From Candidatus Binatia bacterium (lineage in GTDB: Bacteria > Desulfobacterota > Binatia > Bin18): DNA of 64,000 nucleotides. Position numbers and translations under genes: made by a program. Of the stretch, positions 1-9,108 are shown piece after piece. The DNA is taken from positions 160,001-224,000 of the forward strand of contig CAXXHG010000043.1 of NCBI GenBank assembly GCA_963666315.2. Direction: 5' to 3'. The number at the start of each line of letters is the position of its first letter. The stretch's first letter is position 1. Under the pieces are notes generated by a model. The model saw only the letters and a list, made by a program, of their open reading frames with translations. It made no database searches and was not told the origin of the DNA.

Positions 1-377
1 TCTTTCACCGTCGGATTCCGAATCAGCCACGGCGTTGGGGTCACCATCGAGAACAGCAGGTGCAGTTCCGCATGTTCTTTCACATCAGACTGGCGGAAGA
101 TCACTGATTGTTTCGGATCGAGTCCGATACTCAGCCAGTCGATCACCATCTCCTCGGTATTGTCACGAATACTTTCGGCATCCGTATTCCCTGTGGTGAG
201 AGCATGCCAGTCGGCTACAAAAAAGAAACAACGATACTCACTTTGCAGCTGAACCCAGTTGGTGAGCGTGCCATGCAGATGTCCTAAGTGGAGTTTCCCG
301 GTTGGACGGAATCCGCTCACAACCGTTTGCCGTACGGGTGATGGAGACGTGTGTGTTGCAGTCGTGTTTTCAGCCAT
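1..377 (-). CDS. trpS: Tryptophanyl-tRNA synthetase, N-terminal part (runs off the window edge)
   Basis: Manual translation from ATG at 377: MAENTT...VVSGFRPTGKLHLGHLHG...FFFVADWHALTT. This has the class I HIGH-like motif and the TrpRS ADWHALT signature. Confidence 0.93.
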   Translation of the reverse strand, partial: MAENTTATHTSPSPVRQTVVSGFRPTGKLHLGHLHGTLTNWVQLQSEYRCFFFVADWHALTTGNTDAESIRDNTEEMVIDWLSIGLDPKQSVIFRQSDVKEHAELHLLFSMVTPTPWLIRNPTVK

Positions 378-390
378 ATATCTCAGGATC

Positions 391-1023
391 TCACAATAAC
401 GCGTTGAGCAAGAGGGAGGTCATCGGACGTAAAATGTTACCCATAATTCCGGTCATCAAGAGCAGCATGACAATCAGCATGCCGTAGGGCTCAAGCCGCG
501 CCAGCGCCATGGCAGGCTGGCGGGGGAGCAAGCCGGTCGCCACCCGACCTCCGTCGAGAGGCGGCAACGGAAAAAGATTAAAAACGGCAAGCACAACGTT
601 GATCATGACACTTGCCAATAAACTTCTCGCTACGAGCCCGTCGTCTATGAGTTGCAATGCGAACAGGAATTTAAGCACAAAGGCAGACAGGCCGGCTAGG
701 ATCAAGTTCATGGCCGGACCGGCAGCCGCAACATAGACCATATCACGACGGGGGTGACGTAGATTCCCGAAATTCACGGGAACGGGCTTGGCGTAGCCAA
801 AGAGAAACGGGGAACCCGAGACGATGAGCATGACTGGCAATAAGATCGTCCCAAACAGATCGACATGGGCAAGAGGATTCAGAGTCAGCCGGCCCATTCG
901 AGCAGCAGTCGAATCGCCGAGAAGATACGCGCTATAACCATGCGCCAATTCGTGCAGGACAACGGCCGTAAGGACCGGCAGCGCCCAGATGGATAGCTGC
1001 TGTAGCATGTTTGAGAAATCCAT
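391..1023 (-). CDS. Site-2 protease family (M50) membrane metalloprotease
   Basis: HELAH and FNLFPLPPLDGG motifs with hydrophobic segments. Start moved to MDFSNML (1023), which follows a promoter-like sequence. Confidence 0.92.
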   Translation of the reverse strand: MDFSNMLQQLSIWALPVLTAVVLHELAHGYSAYLLGDSTAARMGRLTLNPLAHVDLFGTILLPVMLIVSGSPFLFGYAKPVPVNFGNLRHPRRDMVYVAAAGPAMNLILAGLSAFVLKFLFALQLIDDGLVARSLLASVMINVVLAVFNLFPLPPLDGGRVATGLLPRQPAMALARLEPYGMLIVMLLLMTGIMGNILRPMTSLLLNALL

Positions 1024-1030
1024 TACCATC

Positions 1031-1059
1031 AGTCTATAGAGTCGATTTCTTGGACACAA
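1031..1059 (-). promoter_or_regulatory. sigma70-like promoter TTGTGT-N17-TAGACT, 7 nt before the ATG of the site-2 protease gene
   Basis: Motif and spacing read directly from the sequence; no SD before the ATG. Confidence 0.5.
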
Positions 1060-1081
1060 GGCGTGAGGCGTTGAAAAGGCC

Positions 1082-2338
1082 CTACGAGTACGACACGCCA
1101 TTCAACGCGTAATCGAAAAGGTCGAAATTTCTGAGCCGTGTTGTTTCCGCCCGTTTTCGGTAGTCGTCTGAAACAGGTTCAGACAGTATAAAAGGCACGG
1201 ACTGCTCGGCACGACCTCCGTGGGAACGTAGAGGAGCATCCCCTAATCCAGACAGGTCGTGGTCTCGTTCGGCCGCGCCAATGGCCGTCTGTTGATCTCC
1301 AAGGACAACTAAGTCGGCCTCGCGATCGAGCGGCAGGAGGAATTTCTCGCAAGCCGTCTGCTTGTCGTATACCGCTTCAATGCCAGGAATGGACCGGATC
1401 AGAGTGCTGACTGCAGCCTGATCCATCTGATCCATGCCAGGACAGTATACGCGGACGAAAGAACCCAAAGCGCCGTGGTGGACGACGTACGGATCGGTAA
1501 TAGGGCAGATCACCCGGGTTTTGCCCGTACTGAAATGGCCATCCAGGATGTCTTGCAAAAAAACAATCTGTGGTTTTGCGTTCATACCGTGATCCGCCGT
1601 AAGTGCAACCACAGCTCCAAGATCGACAAACCGTCCACACAGCCGGTCGAGCGCTTGATAAAACGCATTGGCTGCGGCACTGCCGGGTGCATGTTTATGC
1701 TGCACATAGTCGCTCAGAGACAGATACATCAGATCGGGCTGGTGTTGTTCGAGCAATGCCAGACCCGCTTCTAATACAAAGAGCGACAGCTCAGCAGAAT
1801 AGACCTCCGGTTGTGGCAGACCAATCTGATCGCACACATTCTCAATACCATGTTGTTCATACGTACAGCCCGCAGCTTTCTCTGCGGAGAAGCACATACC
1901 TGGGCGGAGTCCATGCCCGAGCAGACGGCAGAGTTTATCTTTGGCTGTGATGACAACAACCTTCGCCCCAGCCTGTGAGAAACGCGCCAGCAGCGTGTCC
2001 GACCGCAGTTGGGTCGGATCGGTCATCAGCACCGCTTGTCCGTTTTTTGGATCCAGGAAATAGTTGCCGGCAATACCGTGCACGGCAGGCGGACTGCCGG
2101 TGACGATCGAGAGGTTATTGGGATTCGTGAACGTTGGCATTGCCGCATCCGCCCAGGCTCCAAAGCCACTTTGCAGAAAACGCTGGATATGCGGCAAAAT
2201 CCCCTCGGCAAGTCCCTGCCGGATATAAGCCGGATCACAGCCGTCAATACAGATGGCGACAAGTGGGCGCTGCGGGAAGTCGTAGGTGTGCTGGTTGAGA
2301 CGAATAGAGTTGACTCGGTTGCTCCTTTTTTGCGGCAT
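1082..2338 (-). CDS. phnA: Phosphonoacetate hydrolase (alkaline phosphatase superfamily)
   Basis: CIDGC, PTFTNPNNLSIVTG, DYVQHKHAP, TADHGM, RSHGG and NFDLFDYALN motifs typical of PhnA. Start uncertain (2338 or 2380). Confidence 0.88.
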   Translation of the reverse strand: MPQKRSNRVNSIRLNQHTYDFPQRPLVAICIDGCDPAYIRQGLAEGILPHIQRFLQSGFGAWADAAMPTFTNPNNLSIVTGSPPAVHGIAGNYFLDPKNGQAVLMTDPTQLRSDTLLARFSQAGAKVVVITAKDKLCRLLGHGLRPGMCFSAEKAAGCTYEQHGIENVCDQIGLPQPEVYSAELSLFVLEAGLALLEQHQPDLMYLSLSDYVQHKHAPGSAAANAFYQALDRLCGRFVDLGAVVALTADHGMNAKPQIVFLQDILDGHFSTGKTRVICPITDPYVVHHGALGSFVRVYCPGMDQMDQAAVSTLIRSIPGIEAVYDKQTACEKFLLPLDREADLVVLGDQQTAIGAAERDHDLSGLGDAPLRSHGGRAEQSVPFILSEPVSDDYRKRAETTRLRNFDLFDYALNGVSYS

Positions 2339-2660
2339 ACGTAAGCTCCAGCTGCCCGCGTCCTCTTCATTATTTCTCATTTTGACTTCTCATTTTGCTC
2401 ACATCTCTGTTCATGCATCAATCGTCCTCATCAATTGTCCTCCTCCGTGCCCCTACCTCGTCGTCTCTCCTGTTTTGGGCGGAACAGGTCTGTACTGTTT
2501 CAACCGAACAGGCTGGTTGCAGAGGCCCCACGGAGTCTTTAAGATACGTGGCCTTAGCGCAATTTTGTTCGCGCTACGCACAGGCGCTGGTAAAGAACTC
2601 TGTAAGACAACCTTTTTGACTTCGAGATATGGTCATAAGTAATCTTTAAGGCAGGAGATT

Positions 2661-3914
2661 ATGCAAAACGGGCAACGCCGTGTCGTGATTACTGGGCTGG
2701 GGGCTGTGACTCCGCTTGGAACCGGGGTAGAGAAAAACTGGAAAGCGCTGCTTGAGGGACGCTCTGGGGTGGGTCTCCTGACTCGGTTTGATGTATCAGA
2801 CTTTCCATCTCGAATCGCTGGCGAGGTCACCGATTTCTGTCCGACCGATTTTATCGCGAAGAAAGAAGTCAAAAAAATGGATCCCTTCATCCAGTATAGT
2901 GTTGCAGCCGCCCAAATGGCGATGGATGAAGCCAAGACTCCTATCACGCCGGAAAACGAAGATTTGGTCGGCTGCATTGTCGGCGTCGGGATCGGTGGGT
3001 TGACGAGTATTGAGGAGTATCATTTGCACTTTCTTGAGACCCGACTCAAGAAAGTTTCTCCGTTCTTTATCCCCAAGCTGTTGAGCAACCTGGCCCCAGG
3101 TCAAATCTCGATCCGCTATGGAGCGAAGGGTATTAATTATGCGCCCACGAGTGCCTGCTCTTCGGGTGCCCACGCTATTGGTGAAGCTTTTCGGGCCATT
3201 CGGGTTGGCGATCAAGACGCTGTCATCGCCGGCGGAGCGGAAGCAGCCATAACCTCTCTGGGGCTGGGCGGCTTTATTGCCATGCGGGCGGTCTCGACCC
3301 GGAACGACGAGCCCGAGAAAGCCAGCCGACCCTTTGACAAAAATCGTGACGGCTTCGTCATGGCTGAAGGCGCCGGCATAGTCGTATTGGAAGAGCTGGA
3401 ATTCGCCAAGAGTCATAGTGCGAAAATCTATTGCGAGGTAATAGGCTACGGCGCCAACGCAGATGCGCATCATATCACCGCGCCTGCACCCGGAGGAGAA
3501 GGTGCGGTGCGGTGCATGAAATTGGCGCTGCGGAGCGCTGGGATCGAACCGACTGAGATCGATTACATCAACGCGCACGGAACTTCAACGCCATACAACG
3601 ATGCAACGGAAACCCTGGCGATTAAACGTGTCTTTGGCGAACATGCCACAAAGCTTGCGGTGAGTTCGACGAAATCTATGACCGGCCACCTGCTGGGCGC
3701 TGCCGGTGGAGTCGAAGCCGTGTACTCCGCGTTAACCCTGCACCATCAGATCATGCCGCCTACTATTAATTATGAAGAACTGGACCCGGATTGTGATCTG
3801 GACTATGTCCCGAACACGGCCCGCTCTGCACCCATACGCGCAGTGTTATCTAATTCGTTCGGCTTTGGTGGAACCAATGCCTGCCTGGTCTTCCGAAAAT
3901 GGGCAGAAGACTAA
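2661..3914 (+). CDS. fabF: Beta-ketoacyl-ACP synthase II
   Basis: [10 protein letters not shown]-terminus; Cys-His-His triad (SACSSG, NAHGTST, MTGHLLG); NSFGFGGTN. Confidence 0.96.
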   Translation: MQNGQRRVVITGLGAVTPLGTGVEKNWKALLEGRSGVGLLTRFDVSDFPSRIAGEVTDFCPTDFIAKKEVKKMDPFIQYSVAAAQMAMDEAKTPITPENEDLVGCIVGVGIGGLTSIEEYHLHFLETRLKKVSPFFIPKLLSNLAPGQISIRYGAKGINYAPTSACSSGAHAIGEAFRAIRVGDQDAVIAGGAEAAITSLGLGGFIAMRAVSTRNDEPEKASRPFDKNRDGFVMAEGAGIVVLEELEFAKSHSAKIYCEVIGYGANADAHHITAPAPGGEGAVRCMKLALRSAGIEPTEIDYINAHGTSTPYNDATETLAIKRVFGEHATKLAVSSTKSMTGHLLGAAGGVEAVYSALTLHHQIMPPTINYEELDPDCDLDYVPNTARSAPIRAVLSNSFGFGGTNACLVFRKWAED

Positions 3915-4020
3915 AACGAAACATTGAACCGAGGAAGACGAGAACATGTACTCGGCCACACAATCATGTCTCTCCTTTGACTTGATCTCGCCGGGCGAGA
4001 AGAACAACAAGAGGTAGTGC

Positions 4021-4995
4021 ATGGGCGCACGTATTATCGGCACGGGTTCCGCCGTCCCCTCAACCTGTCTGACAAACGACGATCTCGCCGAACGGGTTGA
4101 CACGAATGATAAATGGATCGTCACACGCACCGGGATAGAGGAACGGCGCATCATGCAGCAGGATGAAGAATTGCTTGATCTCATTCATGCTGCGAGTGAA
4201 ATCGCTCTGAAGGCTGCGGGGGTATCGGCCCAAGACCTGGATGCCATTGTGGTCGCAACAGTCTCCGGAGAGTATGCCTTTCCCTCCACGGCCTGCTTGC
4301 TGCAAACGCGCCTTGGGGTAGATAATATCCCGGCCTTTGATGTTGCGGCCGCATGTGCCGGATTTGTGTATGGGTTGTCAGTTGTCCATAGCTATCTCAA
4401 AAGCGGCGATTACAACCGTATTCTTTTAGTTGGGGCTGATGCGCTCAGCACTATGGTCAACTGGCAAGATCGTACGACCTGTGTCCTGTTCGGGGATGGA
4501 GCCGGTGCGGTTGTTTTAGAAAACCAATCCGGAGATCGCGGCCTGTTGAGCACTATTGTAGAGTCGAGTGGTTCGTTGTGGAAACTGCTCCACGTTCGGA
4601 CCGGGCAGCGGCAAACGTTTGACCAAAAAGGGGAACAGGATTCGGACTGGGGCATCCAAATGAAAGGGCCGGAGTTGTTCAAAGTTGCGGTGCGAGCGCT
4701 GTCCGACGTCACCAAAAAAGCCTTGGAAAAATGTGGCCTCGCACCGCAGGACATCCAGCTCATGGTCCCGCATCAGGCCAATCTCCGCATTATCCAAGCT
4801 GTGGCAGACCGACTGGGTTCCGGCATGGATAAAGTCTACTGCAATGTCCAGCGGTTTGGTAACACCTCGGCCGCCTCCATTCCCATTGCTCTCGATGAGG
4901 CAGTTCGGGCAGGCAAGGTGCTCGACAACGACATTGTTGTCCTCAATGGCTGCGGAGGGGGTCTGACCTGGGGGGCATCTGTCGTCCGGTGGTAA
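4021..4995 (+). CDS. fabH: Beta-ketoacyl-ACP synthase III
   Basis: Cys-His-Asn triad (AACAG, PHQAN, GNTSAAS); LFGDGAGA; GGGLTWG. Confidence 0.95.
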   Translation: MGARIIGTGSAVPSTCLTNDDLAERVDTNDKWIVTRTGIEERRIMQQDEELLDLIHAASEIALKAAGVSAQDLDAIVVATVSGEYAFPSTACLLQTRLGVDNIPAFDVAAACAGFVYGLSVVHSYLKSGDYNRILLVGADALSTMVNWQDRTTCVLFGDGAGAVVLENQSGDRGLLSTIVESSGSLWKLLHVRTGQRQTFDQKGEQDSDWGIQMKGPELFKVAVRALSDVTKKALEKCGLAPQDIQLMVPHQANLRIIQAVADRLGSGMDKVYCNVQRFGNTSAASIPIALDEAVRAGKVLDNDIVVLNGCGGGLTWGASVVRW

Positions 4996-4999
4996 CACC

Positions 5000-6001
5000 G
5001 TGCCGACTGGATACTCCCAAGAACAGACCAACCTGCACCATCTGCACACCCTCGCCCAGAAGCGTTTGCACTTCTTTATTGGGAAAGGCGGCGTTGGCAA
5101 AACAACAGTCGCTGCAGCTTTTGCCTTGGCCAGCGCGGCAAGGGGCAAAAAAACGCTCCTGATAGAATTCGATGCGCATACGCCGGCAGCACGGCTCCTT
5201 GGTCTGCCTTCCCAGTCTCGCTCTTTAGGTAAGCCCCGACCTTTCTCTTCTAGCCTGTCAGTTATGGCGACAACGGGGCAAGCTGCGCTTGAGGAATATC
5301 TCAGTCGGATTTTGCCGTTTGCACCGCTTCGCACGCTCATGCTGCAAAGCCAGCTGTATCAATACTTTGTCCTTGCTGCGCCCGGACTCAAAGAGCTTAT
5401 GGCGATGGGCAAGGTATGGCACGAGGCCCAGCAACAAGATCGACGTACCGCCTTCCCCCGCTGGGATGCGCTCATCATTGACATGCCGGCTTCCGGCCAT
5501 AGCCTACAATATCTGCGTATGCCGCAGGCGGCTGCTGACACCTTCGACACTGGAGAGGTACGTCGTAAAGCAGCGCAGGTGGTCCAGCTCTTTCGCGACC
5601 CTGAGCAAAGCGCCATTCATATAGTCAGCCTCCCGGAAGAGCTGCCCGTCGAAGAAACAGTTGAGATTGTCGAGCAGATTGAGAACAAGCTCCGCTTTCC
5701 GCTCGGTGCGCTCTTTATCAATCAATGTCGCACTACTCCGTGTGATTGCGCGACTCTTGAGCGGTTATACCCTGCGCGTGACGCCACGGCGGCTGATCGT
5801 TCTCTGGTGGATCATATGCTCGCGGTGGCCGAGTATGAGGCACGTCTCACCCAGGCCCAGACTGCCTACATGAACCAACTCGCCCTGTTAGCACCTCCCG
5901 CCATTGCCACCATTGCGCTCCCGTGCTGCTTTGCCGAAAGTCTCGGGCTGCCGGAAGTACAGGAATTATCTCACTGTATACAATCTGCCTTACACCCTTG
6001 A
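5000..6001 (+). CDS. ArsA/Get3-like ATPase, subunit 1
   Basis: Deviant P-loop GKGGVGKTT, APGLKEL, switch II DMPASGH, LPEELPVEET. Confidence 0.85.
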   Translation: MPTGYSQEQTNLHHLHTLAQKRLHFFIGKGGVGKTTVAAAFALASAARGKKTLLIEFDAHTPAARLLGLPSQSRSLGKPRPFSSSLSVMATTGQAALEEYLSRILPFAPLRTLMLQSQLYQYFVLAAPGLKELMAMGKVWHEAQQQDRRTAFPRWDALIIDMPASGHSLQYLRMPQAAADTFDTGEVRRKAAQVVQLFRDPEQSAIHIVSLPEELPVEETVEIVEQIENKLRFPLGALFINQCRTTPCDCATLERLYPARDATAADRSLVDHMLAVAEYEARLTQAQTAYMNQLALLAPPAIATIALPCCFAESLGLPEVQELSHCIQSALHP

Positions 6002-6050
6002 GACATAAATCGAGCAGCGTGAATCAAAAGAGGGACGTTCAGCCAAGACC

Positions 6051-7193
6051 ATGACAGACCTCACCCATCTTCTGACAACCCGACGCATTGTCGTCTGTCT
6101 GGGCAGTGGGGGTGTGGGGAAAACAACCCTGTCAGCCAGCCTTGGACTCTGGGGGGCGCTGAACGGCCGTCGTACAGCGATTCTCACGATTGATCCTGCC
6201 CAACGACTTGCGGACTGCCTCGGTTTACACGATTTTTCCACACCCAGTGTCACCCTCAACCACACCGCATTTCTTTCTCAGAATCTCAAGCCGTCCGCAC
6301 CACTGACTATCGTCCGCGTTGACCAACAACAGGCCTGGGATGCATTGGTGGACCAATATGTCCCCACCCCTGAGGGGCGGTTCCGGATTCGTACAAATCG
6401 CTTTTACCTGGGGCTGTCACAAACATTCGCCGGCTCAAATGACTACATCGCTCTCGACCAACTTGCGCGACTTATAGCCACCAACACATACGATCTCATC
6501 GTCGTCGACACTCCGCCGGCAAAACACGCTATAGACTTCCTCCGTACCCCGCATCAACTCCAACGTCTTCTCCAGCATTCGCTTAGTCAGCGATTTCTGC
6601 ATCCGGCCGTAAAGAGAGGCTGGGCAACGTTTTCTTCGGCAAATCGGCTTGGAACGGCTCTGCTGGCAAGACTAGAGCATACCACAGGGCTCTCCACGTT
6701 AGGAGATATTGCTGCGTTCTTCTCAATCATGGCACCCATGATTGAGGACCTGAGCATTCGGCTGACCCAGGTGAGCGGTATCTTGAGCAGTAAAGAGACG
6801 GCATTCTTGCTCGTGACAACGCTCAACACCGCCTCGATGGCAGAAACACAAAAAATTTCCGCAGATTTGAACGCGCTGGGAGTGGTACCCCAGGCCGTTG
6901 TCGTCAATCGTGTCACGAGCGCTCGAGAGACGGCTACAGAAAGCGCCATATCCCGCGCTCGCATTGAACACAGCAGCAAAACGCTACGAGGCGCACGACT
7001 CAACAAACAGCAGCGGCAATGGCTGGTTGAGAATTTTGTCGGGTATCAAAAGCGCAGGTGTGAAGAAATTCGGAATCTCGAAGCACTGCAGGCGCAATTC
7101 CACTCCCCGACACCGCTGCTTACCATACCCCTGTGGCCCTCCGGTCCAGTGGATCTTGGCAGCCTGGCACGGCTCCACCAGTATTTATTCTAG
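6051..7193 (+). CDS. ArsA/Get3-like ATPase, subunit 2
   Basis: GSGGVGKTT, TIDPAQRLA, VVDTPP, VVVNRV. Confidence 0.88.
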   Translation: MTDLTHLLTTRRIVVCLGSGGVGKTTLSASLGLWGALNGRRTAILTIDPAQRLADCLGLHDFSTPSVTLNHTAFLSQNLKPSAPLTIVRVDQQQAWDALVDQYVPTPEGRFRIRTNRFYLGLSQTFAGSNDYIALDQLARLIATNTYDLIVVDTPPAKHAIDFLRTPHQLQRLLQHSLSQRFLHPAVKRGWATFSSANRLGTALLARLEHTTGLSTLGDIAAFFSIMAPMIEDLSIRLTQVSGILSSKETAFLLVTTLNTASMAETQKISADLNALGVVPQAVVVNRVTSARETATESAISRARIEHSSKTLRGARLNKQQRQWLVENFVGYQKRRCEEIRNLEALQAQFHSPTPLLTIPLWPSGPVDLGSLARLHQYLF

Positions 7194-7233
7194 AGGAGAT
7201 TTGAAAAATCTGTGACTGGATGGAGAACTGATA

Positions 7234-7449
7234 TTACCACTTGTGTGTTTTGTCTGTCTCTTTTTTTGTAGGATGCGACAAGCCAACGCTGATTTGCCCT
7301 TTGTCAATACGCAAACAAAAGCCACACTCAGGATTATGGCAGACCCAAAGCTTGAAAGGAATATCGTTTCCCTGCGGACCATAATCAGACAGGGGAATAA
7401 GGACGCCCTTATTACAGCGTCGGCACATCGGCCACTTGGTGTGTAGCAT
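7234..7449 (-). CDS. Small putative zinc-ribbon protein
   Basis: CRRC...PLSDYG...KLWVCHNPECGF: CxxC plus CxxxxC pairs in about 70 aa. Start 7449 or 7464. Confidence 0.7.
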   Translation of the reverse strand: MLHTKWPMCRRCNKGVLIPLSDYGPQGNDIPFKLWVCHNPECGFCLRIDKGQISVGLSHPTKKETDKTHKW

Positions 7450-7503
7450 GAGTCTGCTCTTCAACCGGACTTTCTCATATGAACACAGATTCTAGCCCGT
7501 CTC

Positions 7504-7926
7504 CTAGATCTTTTGAGACGACTGAGAATGATGCGTTCCCGGGTCAGTCATTGCGGGTGCCCCACCTTGGTTTGGGTCAAGGAAAGCCAGGACTCGTTCC
7601 CCAGATGCTTTATCCATCCAACGCCGGAGCCGTTGCTCAAGAACCAAACGCAGCTGGTGATCACGTTTTATATGGGCAACCATCTCCTCTGCGCTCCGCC
7701 CGGTTAATGAAGGGGATTGCTGTTTCCCTTTTCGCGCTCCGTCCTGAGCACGAGATTTTACAAGCAGAGGTTGATACACTCTACTGTGCTTTCGATAAGC
7801 TCGCCAGACAGACGTAGATCGGTCACGTACGAGACGTAACGTCTGTTTTTCATTTTCCCAGTATTGCTGCTGACGAGTACTCCCGTAATACAGCGTTTCT
7901 TGCGCAGAAGAAGCCCGATAACCCAT
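7504..7926 (-). CDS. Hypothetical protein
   Basis: 140-aa ORF co-oriented with its neighbours and downstream of a TATACT -10-like box; no recognisable motif. Confidence 0.4.
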   Translation of the reverse strand: MGYRASSAQETLYYGSTRQQQYWENEKQTLRLVRDRSTSVWRAYRKHSRVYQPLLVKSRAQDGARKGKQQSPSLTGRSAEEMVAHIKRDHQLRLVLEQRLRRWMDKASGERVLAFLDPNQGGAPAMTDPGTHHSQSSQKI

Positions 7927-8035
7927 AACGTGACCCAGCAGACACTTTGCTGACCCTCTACCCGTAGTATAAAGGGAAAGACCCGTTAAAGGAAAGGGAA
8001 GTGCGATTTTCCTGAAAAAAGAGCGGAAGAGGCGA

Positions 8036-8431
8036 TTAGGCCGTTTCGAGCCGGAGGTCCATGGCCTGGGTTGAGTAGGGTTCAGGCAGCCCGCGACGTG
8101 GGGCTTTGACCCAGAGCCCTTCTAAATTATAAAACTCTCGCACTGTTTCGTAGAAAATGTGTACCACCACATCCCCATAATCCATGAGTATCCACTGACC
8201 GTGTGAGACCCCCTCAAGGGCGAGGGGCCGGATGCCCTCCTGCCGCAAGGCGTCCTCAATCGCACGGCTAATCGTCTGCACCTGGATGTCTGAGCGTCCG
8301 GTGCAGATCACAAAATAGGACGCCATGGAAGTCAGCGCTTCAACGTCAAGGACGACAAGGTCATAGGCCTTTTTGTCCAGAGCCGCCTGGGCGCAGCTCA
8401 GAGCTTTTTGCCAACCGTCGTCCGCTTTCAA
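8036..8431 (-). CDS. rsfS: Ribosome silencing factor RsfS (Iojap)
   Basis: DKKAYD...YFVICTG...WILMDYGDVVVHIF...REFYNLEGLW; follows nadD. Confidence 0.95.
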   Translation of the reverse strand: MKADDGWQKALSCAQAALDKKAYDLVVLDVEALTSMASYFVICTGRSDIQVQTISRAIEDALRQEGIRPLALEGVSHGQWILMDYGDVVVHIFYETVREFYNLEGLWVKAPRRGLPEPYSTQAMDLRLETA

Positions 8432-9087
8432 CAGATATCCTCTTGTTTTGTGTACAGGCCGTGTTCGGCAATATAGGCAGCCACGGCAGGCGGCACCTGA
8501 CGATGCTTGGGCTGGCCGGCCCGAATATTTTCACGTACCGCAGAGGCCGAAATGTGAAGGCCGTTGATTGTATACAGCGTCAAAGTATGCCCTGAATCGT
8601 GCTGATAGCGGTGTTTGGACGAATCGTACCAAAAGGCAGACCGGAGGGCAACGGGAAGAAGGTCTTCAATTGCGGGTGTCGGAAAACCTGGACGCGACGT
8701 CACAATGAGGTCACATAAGCGGGGAATCTCTCGATACTCTCTCCAAGTGTGCATCTCACAAAAAGCATCCATACCGATAATGAAGGCCATCGAAGTAGAC
8801 TTCAGCCCTGCCCCAAAGATACGAATCGTGTCGACCGAATAGGATGGTCCGGAACGGTCTATTTCGATACGTGATGCCACAAAGGCCGGGTCATCTGCCA
8901 CGGCTAACTCCACCATTTTGTAACGATGTGGAACCGGAGCAATATCGTCGTGTTGTTTATGTGGTGGGGACGCCGAGGGAATAAAATAGATCCGGTCGAG
9001 GGCAAACGCTGAACAGATCTCTTCTGCGCTCCGTAGATGGCCGCAATGAATAGGGTTGAATGTTCCGCCGAACAGCCCCACTTTCAT
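8428..9087 (-). CDS. nadD: Nicotinate-nucleotide adenylyltransferase
   Basis: GLFGGTFNPIHCGH, SYSVDT and ISASAVR motifs. Confidence 0.95.
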   Translation of the reverse strand: MKVGLFGGTFNPIHCGHLRSAEEICSAFALDRIYFIPSASPPHKQHDDIAPVPHRYKMVELAVADDPAFVASRIEIDRSGPSYSVDTIRIFGAGLKSTSMAFIIGMDAFCEMHTWREYREIPRLCDLIVTSRPGFPTPAIEDLLPVALRSAFWYDSSKHRYQHDSGHTLTLYTINGLHISASAVRENIRAGQPKHRQVPPAVAAYIAEHGLYTKQEDIC

Positions 9088-9108
9088 ACGTCAGCACCGG
9101 CTCCGGTA

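Noticed and set aside
5000-7193. Arsenic-resistance operon
   Set aside because: No arsB/acr3, arsC, arsR or arsD nearby; the proteins are single-domain and of the paired Get3-like type.
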